A stretch of DNA of 64,000 nucleotides from Candidatus Daviesbacteria bacterium (GTDB taxonomy: Bacteria > Patescibacteriota > Microgenomatia > Daviesbacterales > UBA10151): positions 3,590 to 67,589 of the forward strand of contig JACPDA010000005.1 of the NCBI GenBank assembly GCA_016184225.1, read 5' to 3'. The notes beneath the pieces are model-generated. The model was not told the origin of the DNA and made no database searches. It was given only the letters and a program-made list of their open reading frames with translations. The translations under genes were made by a program, and so were the position numbers. Positions 27,844 to 38,064 of the stretch are shown piece after piece. Numbering within the stretch: the first letter of the stretch is position 1; each line of letters starts with the position of its first letter.

Positions 27844-28338
27844 ATGAAAATTAGATTGGATGAAGATTATTTCAGAAGTGTGATGTTTGGACTCCAGGAT
27901 GGGTTGGTTTCTACCACCGGGGTGGTGGTAGGGATTTCTGCCGGGGTCTCCGATCCGGCAATTATTATTATGGCATCATTCGTGGCAATTTCCGTGGAAG
28001 CGTCTTCCATGGCAGCCGGTGAATATTCTTCAGAGAAAGCTGTTCATGAACTGGATAAAAGACACAGGCATAAGGATGATTTGCTGATGGGGGCTTTGCT
28101 GATGTTTGTTTCTTATTTTGTGGCCGGTATGGTGCCGATTTTGCCATTTTTAATCCTGCCGGTAGATATTGCCAGGGTTGTAAGTGTGGCAGCTGCGCTG
28201 GTAAGCCTTTTTGTTGTAGGTTACCTCAAGGGTAAAATAGTCAAAGAGATAGCTTTTAGGAGCGCAGCCGAGATGTTAACTATTGGAGGGTTGGCCACAG
28301 CAATTGGGTTATTGGTAGGTACTTTCTTAAAAGTTTAA
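27844..28338 (+). CDS. VIT1/CCC1-family membrane protein
   Basis: MFGLQDGLVSTTGVVVGISAG... family signature plus TM helices. Confidence 0.65.
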   Translation: MKIRLDEDYFRSVMFGLQDGLVSTTGVVVGISAGVSDPAIIIMASFVAISVEASSMAAGEYSSEKAVHELDKRHRHKDDLLMGALLMFVSYFVAGMVPILPFLILPVDIARVVSVAAALVSLFVVGYLKGKIVKEIAFRSAAEMLTIGGLATAIGLLVGTFLKV

Positions 28339-28358
28339 AAGTGTGTTAAACTCCCATC

Positions 28359-29423
28359 ATGTTTGGGAAACTCTGGGAGCTTTTGTCATTTGATGTCGGC
28401 ATAGATTTGGGTACTGTTAATACTCTGGTGTTGGTCAAAGGCAAAGGAATTGTCATCCGGGAGCCCACTGTGGTAGCACTTCATAAAAAAACCCGGCAGG
28501 TTTTAGCCATCGGGCGGGAGGCCAAAAGAATGTTAGGCCGCACCCCGGCAGCAATAGAGGCAGTCAGGCCCTTGCGGGACGGAGTCATCTCCGATTTTGA
28601 CACCACCGAGGCCATGCTTCGCTATTTTATCCATAAAGTCCACAATAATCCGGGAAGGGGAATGTTTTCACTACCCCGAATCCCTAGGCCCAGGGTGGTA
28701 GTCGGTATCCCCTCAGGCGTGACTGCAGTGGAAAGACGTGCCGTGCAGGATGCTTGTCTTTCGGCCGGAGCCAGGGAGGCATACCTTATTGAAGAACCGA
28801 TGGCAGCGGCAATCGGCGCGAAACTGCCGGTTGAAGATCCGGAAGGGGTAATGGTTGTGGATATCGGGGGAGGCACGACCGAGATTGCAGTTATATCCTT
28901 AGGCGGGATGGTTTTAAATAAATCCCTTCGGATTGCCGGGGATGAATTGGATGAAGAGATTATAAATTATATGCGGGTGAGGTACGGCATGTTGATTGGG
29001 GAGAGAACAGCAGAAGACGTCAAGATAGAAATAGGCTCTGCTTACCCAAATAAGGATAAAGATGAAGCGGCTACAGTGATCCGGGGGAGAGACTTGTCCA
29101 ATGGACTGCCAAAATCACTAAAGGTAACAGCAGCCGAGATCAGGGAAGCGCTGGCTCCAACTGTTTCACAAATGATTTCCGGAGTTCAGGAGATCTTGGA
29201 AGAAACCCCGCCGGAACTTTTGACCGATATAGTGGAAAGAGGAATATTTTTAACAGGCGGGGGGTCGCTTATTCGGGGTTTGGATAAAAGGATTGCTGAA
29301 GAAACAAAACTGCCGGTTTATATCTCAGATGATCCGCTGACTACAGTAGTGCGGGGTTGCGGGGAAGTCTTAGATAATCTGAATTTGCTGTCTAAGGTTA
29401 AAGTAACAGGTGGATTAAGGTAG
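28359..29423 (+). CDS. mreB: Rod shape-determining protein MreB
   Basis: DLGTVNTLV, VVDIGGGTTEIAVISLGG actin-fold motifs. Confidence 0.9.
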   Translation: MFGKLWELLSFDVGIDLGTVNTLVLVKGKGIVIREPTVVALHKKTRQVLAIGREAKRMLGRTPAAIEAVRPLRDGVISDFDTTEAMLRYFIHKVHNNPGRGMFSLPRIPRPRVVVGIPSGVTAVERRAVQDACLSAGAREAYLIEEPMAAAIGAKLPVEDPEGVMVVDIGGGTTEIAVISLGGMVLNKSLRIAGDELDEEIINYMRVRYGMLIGERTAEDVKIEIGSAYPNKDKDEAATVIRGRDLSNGLPKSLKVTAAEIREALAPTVSQMISGVQEILEETPPELLTDIVERGIFLTGGGSLIRGLDKRIAEETKLPVYISDDPLTTVVRGCGEVLDNLNLLSKVKVTGGLR

Positions 29424-29442
29424 GCCAGGATTGTTGTCTTAC

Positions 29443-29556
29443 GTCATTGCGAGGAACGAGTCATCGAGTGACGTGGCAATCTTGATATGAGATTTATTCC
29501 CACTAAGATTGCTTCGCTAATCCCGATTGAATCGGGACTAATCGCTCGCAATGACG
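29443..29556. promoter_or_regulatory. Palindromic leader element: long inverted repeat (ACGTCATTGCGAG ... CTCGCAATGACG) enclosing a 48 nt motif TTGCTTCGCTAATCCCGATTGAATCGGGACTAATCGCTCGCAATGACGA, nearly identical to 49261-49308
   Basis: Seen in sequence; 47/48 nt identity with the copy upstream of dcd; both copies lie directly upstream of pyrimidine-metabolism genes. Confidence 0.5.
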
Positions 29557-29580
29557 ATTTTTATATGTTAAAATTTGATC

Positions 29581-30651
29581 ATGTTGCAGATGCCTTTCTA
29601 CGATCCGAATAAAAGCTATGAAGATAATTATGACCAGGGGCCGTTTGGGGCTTTTGTCGAAGGGGAAATCCTCGAGCAAACAGGGGAGCCAAAAGAGGAT
29701 TTTTTAGGGCAAAAAGTTTTTACTCCATTCGGAATTCCGGCAGGTCCACTGATAAATGCTAAGTTTTGTAAGGCTGCTTTTGAGAAGGGCTTTGATATTT
29801 GTGTTTATAAAACAGTCAGAAGCTCTGTCTTCCCCTGCCATCCTTTCCCCAATATTTTGGCTGTAAAACTCGAAGGCGATTTAACCTCTGAGAAGGCTAA
29901 AACTAAGCTTATTGCAGACAATAATTACTCCGAGCCTCTGTCCATTACCAACTCCTTTGGAGTGCCTTCCAAGAAGCCTAATGTTTGGCAGGAAGATGTT
30001 AAAAAGGCTTTTTTCTCTGCCGGAGCCGGCCAGGTTTTGGTTTTAAGCTTTATGGGTACTGTCCGGGAAGGTCAAACTGCGGAAGAGTTTGTGGCTGATT
30101 ATGCTTTGGCTGCCAAGCTCTCAAAAGAAACCGGTGCCAAAGTGCTGGAAGCCAATTTGTCCTGCCCAAATATAGGTAATGAAGGCTTAGTTTGTTATAA
30201 CTTGGAAATGACGGAAAAGGTTTGTGAAGCCATCAGGAAAGAAATTGGCGACACCCCTTTGGTCCTAAAAGTTGGTTACTATACCTCTGATGAAGATTTG
30301 AAAAAGCTGGTGGAAATAGCCGGAAAATATGCCAATGCTATTGCGGCCATTAATACCATTTCAGCTGAAGTGGTGAATCAGGAAGGTAAGCAGGCATTAC
30401 CGGGAAATAATAGGCTCCGTTCAGGGGTTTGTGGAGCTGGGATTAAGTGGGCCGGCCTGGATATGGTCAAAAGACTGAGAAAGGTAACAGGGTACAGGGT
30501 ACAGGGTACAGTAAAAATTATAGGTGTGGGTGGAGTAACTAAGCCGGAAGATTATTTTGAATACAGGCAAGCCGGGGCAGATGCTGTAATGTCGGCCACC
30601 GGAGCCATGTGGAACCCCTATTTAGCAAAGGAAATTAAAGAAAAAATCTGA
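29581..30651 (+). CDS. pyrD: Dihydroorotate dehydrogenase-family flavoenzyme (class 1 DHODH / dihydropyrimidine dehydrogenase-like)
   Basis: ANLSCPN active-site loop, IIGVGGV, FMN-binding pattern; next to pyrE and pyrF; contains an in-frame GGGTACA x3 repeat at 30488-30510. Confidence 0.7.
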   Translation: MLQMPFYDPNKSYEDNYDQGPFGAFVEGEILEQTGEPKEDFLGQKVFTPFGIPAGPLINAKFCKAAFEKGFDICVYKTVRSSVFPCHPFPNILAVKLEGDLTSEKAKTKLIADNNYSEPLSITNSFGVPSKKPNVWQEDVKKAFFSAGAGQVLVLSFMGTVREGQTAEEFVADYALAAKLSKETGAKVLEANLSCPNIGNEGLVCYNLEMTEKVCEAIRKEIGDTPLVLKVGYYTSDEDLKKLVEIAGKYANAIAAINTISAEVVNQEGKQALPGNNRLRSGVCGAGIKWAGLDMVKRLRKVTGYRVQGTVKIIGVGGVTKPEDYFEYRQAGADAVMSATGAMWNPYLAKEIKEKI

Positions 30652-30659
30652 ATTTACTA

Positions 30660-30688
30660 TTGACAAGGTGTACATTAGGTGGTATTAT
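30660..30688 (+). promoter_or_regulatory. Sigma-70-like promoter TTGACA-17-TATTAT, 7 nt upstream of the phd-like ATG (leaderless or near-leaderless)
   Basis: Seen in sequence. Confidence 0.45.
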
Positions 30689-30695
30689 ATTAAAT

Positions 30696-30977
30696 ATGAG
30701 TACTATCAGAGTTTCCGCTACAGCTGCCAGGAATAGATTTTTTGAACTGCTTAACCAGGTAGCGATGGGAACACAGGTAATTATAGAAAGGGATGCTAAA
30801 GAAGTGGCAGTTATGTCTCCTAAAAAGCAAAAAATTAATTGGGTAGAGTTTAGAAAAGCTTCTGAAGCGGTTCGTGGCATTTGGAAAGATTATGATGAAA
30901 AGGACAATCCACTTAGAAGACCCGGCGCGTGGCCGACAATGGGAAAATGGGACAAGGGACTAAAATTTAAGAAGTAA
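30696..30977 (+). CDS. Phd/YefM-like antitoxin
   Basis: MSTIRVSATAARNRFFELLNQVAMGTQVIIERDAKEVAVM matches the Phd/YefM N-terminal pattern; followed by a PIN gene. Confidence 0.5.
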   Translation: MSTIRVSATAARNRFFELLNQVAMGTQVIIERDAKEVAVMSPKKQKINWVEFRKASEAVRGIWKDYDEKDNPLRRPGAWPTMGKWDKGLKFKK

Positions 30978-30985
30978 TTTAAGAA

Positions 30986-31372
30986 GTGAAGATCGTAGTA
31001 GATAGCAGCATTATTATTGATTACCTGCGTGGTGGTAAAAAATGGGATGATTTCCTTTCTGCCGCTGAGGCGGAAGGTGCTCTGCAATTGCTCTTACCAA
31101 CAATCGTTATTTTTGAACTATATTCTGGTTCCAGCACAAAAAGCATTAGGAAACTTCAGGACATGACTTACTTTATCAGTCAGTTTGACAGAATAGATCT
31201 GAGCGAAAATATTGCCAGGCTGGCAGGTGAGTTGGCTCGGGATGTCAAACAACATATTCAAGCACCTGATTATATTATTGCCGCTTCGGCGCTGCAGGTA
31301 AATGCTTCATTGGTAACCCTTAATCAAAAACATTTTGCCCAAATCCCCAACCTTTCCGTATATCCATTGTGA
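30986..31372 (+). CDS. PIN-domain toxin (VapC-like), second TA module
   Basis: MKIVVDSSIIIDYL..., conserved acidic residues. Confidence 0.7.
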   Translation: MKIVVDSSIIIDYLRGGKKWDDFLSAAEAEGALQLLLPTIVIFELYSGSSTKSIRKLQDMTYFISQFDRIDLSENIARLAGELARDVKQHIQAPDYIIAASALQVNASLVTLNQKHFAQIPNLSVYPL

Positions 31373-31416
31373 TTTTAGGGAGTGCCACCGGCGCCATCTG
31401 GAATCCTTATTTGGGT

Positions 31417-32139
31417 TTAAATTTTTGATTTGGAGAGATATTCAATACTTTTTTGATATTGCTCTTTTGTAATCATCTGCTTTTCCATATAATAATCCAA
31501 AATATCAGTTAACTTCATGGCTGCATAAACTCTGCAGCCTTCTTTTTTCACCTGTTCTATCCCGCCTTGTTCCCGGTCAATTAAAACCAGCATATTGACA
31601 TAAAAACCCACTTGTTTAGCAGCTTCCAGAGCTTCCAGTTTAGATTTTCCGTGAGCTATGACATCATCTAAAACCAAGAGTTTAGTGTCCGGTTTAGGCT
31701 CGATTCCTTCTTTAATAACAATTTTCCGATCGGTATTTTGGCCAATTTTTTCAAATACATCTATAAAAGGGATATCGGATGCTTCTGAAAATTTTTGGGC
31801 AATCACCAAAGCAGCTTTCGGCACTCCGGTGCAATAATCTTGAGGAGTTTCCAGTTGAACTTCAGATAAAACCTGGGCAATTTTGGTTAAAAGTTCATCC
31901 GGCAGGTTTCTTAAATTGACATAAATAGGTGAAAGTGGAGCGTCTGGTTTGATCTCATGAACTTTTAGGGCAAATTCCCCGGGACCCTGGCTAAAATCAA
32001 TAGGGCTGGTGGGCCTTTGGGTTTCTTCCAGGTAGTATGTGCCGTCCTGTCGCTGCTGGCGCCTGATAACTTTAGCCTCAATTTTAGTGTTTAACAGGAG
32101 ATCTGCCAGTTCTTCTTGGTTTTTTGTAAGATTAGACAT
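31417..32139 (-). CDS. pyrE: Orotate phosphoribosyltransferase-like protein (divergent PRTase motif)
   Basis: PRTase-like LLVLDDVIAHGKS...; context next to pyrF and pyrD. Confidence 0.5.
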   Translation of the reverse strand: MSNLTKNQEELADLLLNTKIEAKVIRRQQRQDGTYYLEETQRPTSPIDFSQGPGEFALKVHEIKPDAPLSPIYVNLRNLPDELLTKIAQVLSEVQLETPQDYCTGVPKAALVIAQKFSEASDIPFIDVFEKIGQNTDRKIVIKEGIEPKPDTKLLVLDDVIAHGKSKLEALEAAKQVGFYVNMLVLIDREQGGIEQVKKEGCRVYAAMKLTDILDYYMEKQMITKEQYQKSIEYLSKSKI

Positions 32140-32914
32140 TTGCTAAGATCTCCTGGATTTGTGAATGTAAGGTTTGGGTAGCTTCTCGGGGGTTGGGGGC
32201 AAAAATAATTCCTCTGGAGGAGGAAATTATTAATCCTTGCTTCTGACTATTTAAACCATTTTTTATGGTGGCTTCCAAATCTCCGCCCTGGGCTCCGATA
32301 CCCGGTACTAAAATCGGCATGTCTCCTATAATCTCACGGACCTTTTTGATTTCATCAGGATACGTAGCTCCTACCACCACGGCACAATTGTTGTTTTGAT
32401 TCCACTCTTTGGCTACATGCTCAGCCACAACCTGGTAAAGCGGTTTTCCCCTTCGACTTCGCTCAGGGTAAACTTCTAAATCCTGAAATTCTCCGGCCCC
32501 GGGGTTTGATGTTCTGACCAGTACGATAATGCCCTTTTCAGCCCTTTGTAAAAATGGTTCTACCGCTTCTTTCCCTAAATATGGATGGACGGTAACTGCG
32601 TCAACGCCTAAGTCATCAAAGATGGCTTTGACATAAGCCTCATTAGTGCTGCCAATATCACCCCTTTTGGCGTCCAAAATAATCGGAATATTAGGATCTT
32701 TTTCCCGGATATACTGGATAGTTTTTTTAAGAGCTTCCAGGCCGGCAGCTCCGTCTGCTTCATAAAAAGCGCTTTGGGGTTTGTAAGCTAAACTTAAGTC
32801 TGCGGTAGTATCAATGATATTTTTATTAAATTCAAAATCTGCTTTGTCCAAACCAATGCAGACAAACTTATTTTCTTCCCATTTACTCTTAAGCTTATCT
32901 AAAAAAGAATTCAT
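32132..32914 (-). CDS. pyrF: Orotidine 5'-phosphate decarboxylase (type 2, long form)
   Basis: ILDAKRGDIGSTNEAY catalytic motif. Confidence 0.8.
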   Translation of the reverse strand: MNSFLDKLKSKWEENKFVCIGLDKADFEFNKNIIDTTADLSLAYKPQSAFYEADGAAGLEALKKTIQYIREKDPNIPIILDAKRGDIGSTNEAYVKAIFDDLGVDAVTVHPYLGKEAVEPFLQRAEKGIIVLVRTSNPGAGEFQDLEVYPERSRRGKPLYQVVAEHVAKEWNQNNNCAVVVGATYPDEIKKVREIIGDMPILVPGIGAQGGDLEATIKNGLNSQKQGLIISSSRGIIFAPNPREATQTLHSQIQEILANV

Positions 32915-33031
32915 AAGTGCCTAGACTATATCTCAAAGATTAAAAGCTTTGCAAGTGGACTTTTAAAAGCTGAAGTTTTGATACATTTAATATATCTTGA
33001 AACTTTATCAAAGTTTTCATAATATGAAAGC

Positions 33032-33478
33032 ATGAGTAAAGACGATACAAAGAAACTGGAAGATCTTCTGAAAGGCGCAATAAGACCACTCAAAGAATTA
33101 GTAGAAGTGCTTAAGAGTAAAGTTGATCACCAGGAACTTTATTTAGTTGCAACATCTTCTAACGTTAAATCACTAAAGGAACAGCAATCTGTAATTAATG
33201 AAAAATTAGATGCCCAGGGTGAAAAGCTGGATTCCCAGGGGAAACAATTAAATGATCAAGGCAGAAAGCAGGTCATTCTGTGGGATCAGGTCGAGAAGGT
33301 TACAATGAGCCTTGAAGATATTAAAGATACACAGGATTTACATACAGCTACTTTAAAAAGAATTGAAATGAAAGCGGAAGGCAACTTTGATGATATCGGA
33401 AAAGAAGATAAAAGACTTACTAAGGTTGAGGATCGTTTGGGAATTGTTCCGTCTCCAGAGCTAACCGTTGTCAGATAA
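33032..33478 (+). CDS. Hypothetical coiled-coil protein
   Basis: ORF; heptad-rich. Confidence 0.3.
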   Translation: MSKDDTKKLEDLLKGAIRPLKELVEVLKSKVDHQELYLVATSSNVKSLKEQQSVINEKLDAQGEKLDSQGKQLNDQGRKQVILWDQVEKVTMSLEDIKDTQDLHTATLKRIEMKAEGNFDDIGKEDKRLTKVEDRLGIVPSPELTVVR

Positions 33479-33542
33479 ATCTTCATCGAAATGACAAAAT
33501 TTACTTGACTCCAGCCCCAAAATATACTATAAAACTTACATT

Positions 33543-34337
33543 ATGGGATTTTTGGAAGGATTAGAGCCAGAATTAACACGAAGAGCTACAGAAAGAGAAG
33601 AAAGAGAAGTTGAAAGGCTGGGGAAAAGAAAACAAGAAGAAGAAGCACAAGAGAGGATAAGACAAGAAATGGAGTGGGCACTGGGGGTCTTTGATAGGTT
33701 GGGGGTTGTAGCGATGCTGGAAAAAATCAAGAGAGAAGTCTGGAGGGGTGGTATCGTAAGTGTAAAAGAATACCATGATCCTAAAGAACGGCATAAAACT
33801 AGCATTTATACCTGGGTAGAAGGAAGATCAAAACACGCATCTTTAACTTATGAATATCAGGAGCCATGGTCAAAATATGAAGAAGTCTATGAGAGAAGGT
33901 TTGGGTTTCATAAGGAGAGGGAAACATACTGGGCGAACACACAACTACCAGGAGATAGTTATCAAGTGTCTGGCTCCGAAAGAACTAAATTTGGTCGGCA
34001 TCTTGAACACGTCGGATATAGGCTCGTGTTAGATTGGTCTTCACATAGTGAAAATCTCTATTTATATGTAGGTTGTACACAAACTACAAAGTTGAGAGGT
34101 TCGGACGATCTATCCTTTAATCTAGAATCTGGGTTACATGTAAGCGGTTTTGCTGAAGGGACTCTCTCGTTAACCCCCAGGGTAGATGATGCAACAATAA
34201 AAAATTTTTTAGAAACTAACCTGTTGCAAGACTGTGTTTTGAGAAAAGAGGCCAAACGTTTACCTTATCAGATAGATATAGCTATGCAAGAAAAATTGGC
34301 ACGAGTTAATCAAGAGATATCCCGTAACTCTAAATAA
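33543..34337 (+). CDS. Hypothetical protein (264 aa), charged N-terminal coiled coil
   Basis: ORF only. Confidence 0.3.
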   Translation: MGFLEGLEPELTRRATEREEREVERLGKRKQEEEAQERIRQEMEWALGVFDRLGVVAMLEKIKREVWRGGIVSVKEYHDPKERHKTSIYTWVEGRSKHASLTYEYQEPWSKYEEVYERRFGFHKERETYWANTQLPGDSYQVSGSERTKFGRHLEHVGYRLVLDWSSHSENLYLYVGCTQTTKLRGSDDLSFNLESGLHVSGFAEGTLSLTPRVDDATIKNFLETNLLQDCVLRKEAKRLPYQIDIAMQEKLARVNQEISRNSK

Positions 34338-34767
34338 AACCAAGTCTTAGAGTCATAAATTGTGATTTTCATTTCATCTAGCCGAATTAAAGGGGTAGAC
34401 CCCCGGCTTCGGGTAGAGATGTCTTCCACCGGGGAGGTGGCTTGTTTTGGTGATGATGAGGACTTGTGTTGATTTAGGAATACCCCTGATCACTAATTTA
34501 CAAGCAGCAGAACTGTTGGTTTCAGCATTAACTAATAAGAAAATGTAAGAAAATGGCAGATCTGGAGATCAAAAGTTGGGATGAATATTTAAGTAATGGT
34601 ATTTAGATTAAATCTTTTGTACCTGGACTTAATTCTGTAGAAAGTGGCATGGTGAATACCAAAAAGCCTGCATAAATACCGGACATTTTTAGAAGAATGT
34701 GTTGCATATGTGTTTACACAATTCGCAAGTTTGTAGCTAGTGGCAAGCTGTGGTATATTGATCCGCA

Positions 34768-35556
34768 GTGACTAAGGTTATCCCTGATATTAAAGCATTC
34801 CTGATTTTAATATTTTTTAGTTTGTTAATTTTTTTCTTGGACACTGTTAAACTTTTAGATTTGCCAAAAAGGTCCTTTTATTATGTTACTAATCCGATTT
34901 CTTTTGGGATTTATAATACCAACAGAAATATTGGCAAGCAATTTCATTTTATTTTCCAGGCCCGTTTTGCTGCCCAGGAAAACAAGGCTTTAAAGCAGCA
35001 GATCGGAAAACTGCTTTCGGAAAATGCCGAGCTTCGGAAAAAGCTGGCAGAAACCGAAAGTTTAATTTCTCAGGAAAGACATCTTGATCCCGGGACTTAT
35101 AATCTCCTGCCGGCCAGGCCGATTGGACTGGGCAGATACTTAAAAATAGATAAGGGTACAGCCTCCGGTATTAAGGTAAACCAGGCAGTTGTGTTTGAAG
35201 ATAACTTTGTGGGTAAAGTGGTTGCTGTTTCTTCTGCATCTTCAAATATAGAGTTGCCGACAGATCCGAGCTCAAAAGTAGCCGCATTCTCGCAAAATAA
35301 TGAAGGCAGGGCAAAAGGGGTAGTCGTAGGACAATTCGGGACTGAAGTTTTAATGGATAAGATATTGCATGAAGAGAAGATAACAGAGGGGGATTTGGTT
35401 TATTCGGAAGGACTGGAAGGATTCTTGCCCCGGGGGCTTATTTTAGGCCGGGTGACAAAAGTGCTGGAGAGGGAAAATGAAGTGTTTAAGCAGGCAAAGG
35501 TTCAACCTGTATTTGATATCAGGGATTTGGAGTTAGTGTTTGTGATCCAGGAATAG
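34768..35556 (+). CDS. mreC: Rod shape-determining protein MreC (GTG start; possibly leaderless behind an extended -10 TGGTATATT)
   Basis: TM plus coiled coil, then beta-domains with GDLVYSEGLEGFLPRGLILGRV. Confidence 0.7.
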   Translation: MTKVIPDIKAFLILIFFSLLIFFLDTVKLLDLPKRSFYYVTNPISFGIYNTNRNIGKQFHFIFQARFAAQENKALKQQIGKLLSENAELRKKLAETESLISQERHLDPGTYNLLPARPIGLGRYLKIDKGTASGIKVNQAVVFEDNFVGKVVAVSSASSNIELPTDPSSKVAAFSQNNEGRAKGVVVGQFGTEVLMDKILHEEKITEGDLVYSEGLEGFLPRGLILGRVTKVLERENEVFKQAKVQPVFDIRDLELVFVIQE

Positions 35557-35624
35557 CTATCAGTCATCAGTCTTCAGCTATCAGACAAATAAGTCTGACG
35601 ACTGAAGGCTGACAGCTGACGACT
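35557..35624. repeat. Family-A heptamer-periodic palindromic element filling the whole mreC-mreD spacer (stop to start)
   Basis: CTATCAGTCATCAGTCTTCAGCTATCAGAC-loop-GTCTGACGACTGAAGGCTGACAGCTGACGACT. Confidence 0.8.
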
Positions 35625-35630
35625 CTAATT

Positions 35631-36074
35631 ATGAAGACCTTAATCATTACATTAATAGTAGCTGCTTTCTTGCAAACTACAATTTTGCCGATAGACTTAT
35701 GTCTGTTAATTCTAATTTGCCGGGCATATATAAAATCCGACAAGAGTAATCTTTATCTTGCCTTTGCTTTTGGCCTTTTAACTGCCCATTTAAACTTAAG
35801 TGCATTAGGCCTTCAGAGTTTAATCTACTTAAGTATTGTCCAAGTGACCCAAATGTTGTCAAAAATCCGGCTGGCAGGAAACCCGTTACTTATCGTGCCA
35901 ATAACTGCAGTATTTTTATCTTTAAACCAGGTTATAAATTCACTCCTCCGCCACAGTGTATGGGAATTTTCCGGAGTAATTCTTGTTTCTTTCTTGTCTT
36001 TGCCAACTCTTTACATAATTAGATTTTGGGAAGAGCGATTTATTGTTAGAAAAGAAATTAAATTAAGAATCTAG
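35631..36074 (+). CDS. mreD: Rod shape-determining protein MreD (polytopic membrane protein)
   Basis: Position between mreC and mrdA; 5 TM helices. Confidence 0.5.
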   Translation: MKTLIITLIVAAFLQTTILPIDLCLLILICRAYIKSDKSNLYLAFAFGLLTAHLNLSALGLQSLIYLSIVQVTQMLSKIRLAGNPLLIVPITAVFLSLNQVINSLLRHSVWEFSGVILVSFLSLPTLYIIRFWEERFIVRKEIKLRI

Positions 36075-36137
36075 TGACTAGAGTCAAGAGTCAAGGAAAA
36101 TAAATTCTAGACTCTAGATTCTAGCGACTAGTCCCTA
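36072..36137. repeat. Family-C palindromic element (GAGTCAA/GAGTCTA heptamers, CTAGAGTCTAG cores) filling the mreD-mrdA spacer
   Basis: TAGTGACTAGAGTCAAGAGTCAAGG...TTCTAGACTCTAGATTCTAGCGACTAGTCCC. Confidence 0.8.
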
Positions 36138-36141
36138 ACTT

Positions 36142-37989
36142 ATGGTGAAAAAAAGAAAATCCTTAGGTCCTGGTTTTTCCGAAGAGGTGGTAAAAGTAAC
36201 GGTTAAAACTGGGCATTTTAAAAGATCGGAGTTTTCTCACTGGACTGATGTCCTTTTACCAAATTTTCGGCCCGATGAGCAGCAAACAGCCGAAAAGCCT
36301 GTTTGGAGGTTAATATTTTTTTCCGCCGTCTGTTTGGTATCTTTTTTTATTATATTTTTGCGGCTTTTTCACCTGCAGATAGTCCGAGGCAGTGAAAACA
36401 GAAGTTTGGCAGACGGAAACCGTGTTCAAGTTAAGGTAGTTCATGCCCCCCGCGGGGTGATCTACGACCGAAACGGAAAGATTTTGGCAGCCAATTCACC
36501 AGCCTTTCGTTTAAATGAGCAGAAAACAAATGGAGGCAAAGTCAGATTGGTGACAAGAGAAGAGGCTCTGGAGTGGGAAGTTAAGAAAGATCCCCGGTTT
36601 TTAGATTTGGAGGTTGATAATGTCAGGAATTACCCGTTAGGCGCCGCATTTGCTCATGTTTTGGGATTTTTAGGAGAGATTTCTAAGGAGCAACTTAAAG
36701 ATGATAAATTTAAGGGGTACCGTCAAGGGGATCAAATTGGCCAAATGGGGGTGGAGGCGCAGTACCAGGGAACCTTGCGCGGAGTAGATGGTGGTGAGAT
36801 TATCGAGGTGGATTCTTTAGGCCGAAAAGTCCGGACTTTAAGATTTAAGCCCTCTATCCCGGGACAAAATGTGTATTTGTCGATTGACGCCTCCTTGCAA
36901 GAGAGGCTTTTTGCTTTAATGCAAGAGGCTCTTCAAAAATCAGGTAGCTGTTGCGGCGGCGCAGTAGCCTTGGATCCCGGCAGTGGCAAGATTTTGGCGC
37001 TTGTATCGTTTCCTTCTTTTGACCCAAATTTGTTTACCCAAAATCCTGATGACAGTATCATTAGTGAGATTTTTTCCAGCGAAACTGCCCCGATCCTAAA
37101 CCGTATAATAGGAGGTACTTATCCGCCGGGTTCCACCTTTAAGATTGTCTCGTCCCTCGCTGCCTTGGCATCCGGTAAAGTAACTGAAAACACCACCTTT
37201 CAGGATAACGGGGTATTGTTTCTGGGGCCATACAAGTTTAGTAACTGGTACTTTAACCAATACGGAAAGGTAGAAGGTTCTGTTAATTTGTTAAAGGCGT
37301 TGCAGCGCTCAAACGATATTTATTTTTATGAAATCGCCAGGCTTATTGGGGAGAAGGCGCTGGTTGAATGGTCAAAGAAATTATATTTAGGAAAAAAACT
37401 TACAATTGATTTGCCGGGTGAGGATCAAGGATTGGTGCCGGATAATGAATGGAAAGAAAAAACTTTCGGACTGCCTTGGTATCCGGGAGACACACTGCAT
37501 ATGGCAATAGGACAGGGGTTTGTTTTGACCACGCCTTTGCAGATCTTGGGAATAACCTCCTATATTGCAGCTGATGGGGTTTTATATAAACCACAACTTC
37601 TTCTTTCCGGCAAGCCAAAGGTTTTAGTTTCCAATTTGTTTCCAAAAGAGAAGATTGATTTAGTAAAGAAAGGGTTAAAATTAGTTCCAAAAGCAGGTGG
37701 GACAGCCTGGCCGTTTTTCACCTTTCCTGTTGAAACAGCCGGCAAAACAGGGACAGCGGAGTATGGCGATCCAAAAAATAGAACTCATGCTTGGTACACT
37801 TCATTTGCCCCGGCTAATGATCCCAAGATTGCTTTAACGATTTTGATAGAAGGCGGAGGAGAAGGTTCTTCCGTGGCCGCCCCAATTGCCAAAGAATTAT
37901 ACCGATATTATTTTTCTCCGGATAAAAGTAAGCTGGTACAAGATGTTTATACTGTTGCTACAGAATCAGCTAAAAGTTTGGGGGAATAG
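36142..37989 (+). CDS. mrdA: Penicillin-binding protein 2 (elongation-specific transpeptidase)
   Basis: STFK, SND, KTGTA motifs; N-terminal TM; mre cluster context. Confidence 0.85.
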   Translation: MVKKRKSLGPGFSEEVVKVTVKTGHFKRSEFSHWTDVLLPNFRPDEQQTAEKPVWRLIFFSAVCLVSFFIIFLRLFHLQIVRGSENRSLADGNRVQVKVVHAPRGVIYDRNGKILAANSPAFRLNEQKTNGGKVRLVTREEALEWEVKKDPRFLDLEVDNVRNYPLGAAFAHVLGFLGEISKEQLKDDKFKGYRQGDQIGQMGVEAQYQGTLRGVDGGEIIEVDSLGRKVRTLRFKPSIPGQNVYLSIDASLQERLFALMQEALQKSGSCCGGAVALDPGSGKILALVSFPSFDPNLFTQNPDDSIISEIFSSETAPILNRIIGGTYPPGSTFKIVSSLAALASGKVTENTTFQDNGVLFLGPYKFSNWYFNQYGKVEGSVNLLKALQRSNDIYFYEIARLIGEKALVEWSKKLYLGKKLTIDLPGEDQGLVPDNEWKEKTFGLPWYPGDTLHMAIGQGFVLTTPLQILGITSYIAADGVLYKPQLLLSGKPKVLVSNLFPKEKIDLVKKGLKLVPKAGGTAWPFFTFPVETAGKTGTAEYGDPKNRTHAWYTSFAPANDPKIALTILIEGGGEGSSVAAPIAKELYRYYFSPDKSKLVQDVYTVATESAKSLGE

Positions 37990-38064
37990 GAAAATCGCCT
38001 CTTGTTATTCTGATCCGCCAGCTGGCGGAGAAGAATCTCTCACGAATGTGAGATACTATGAGTA

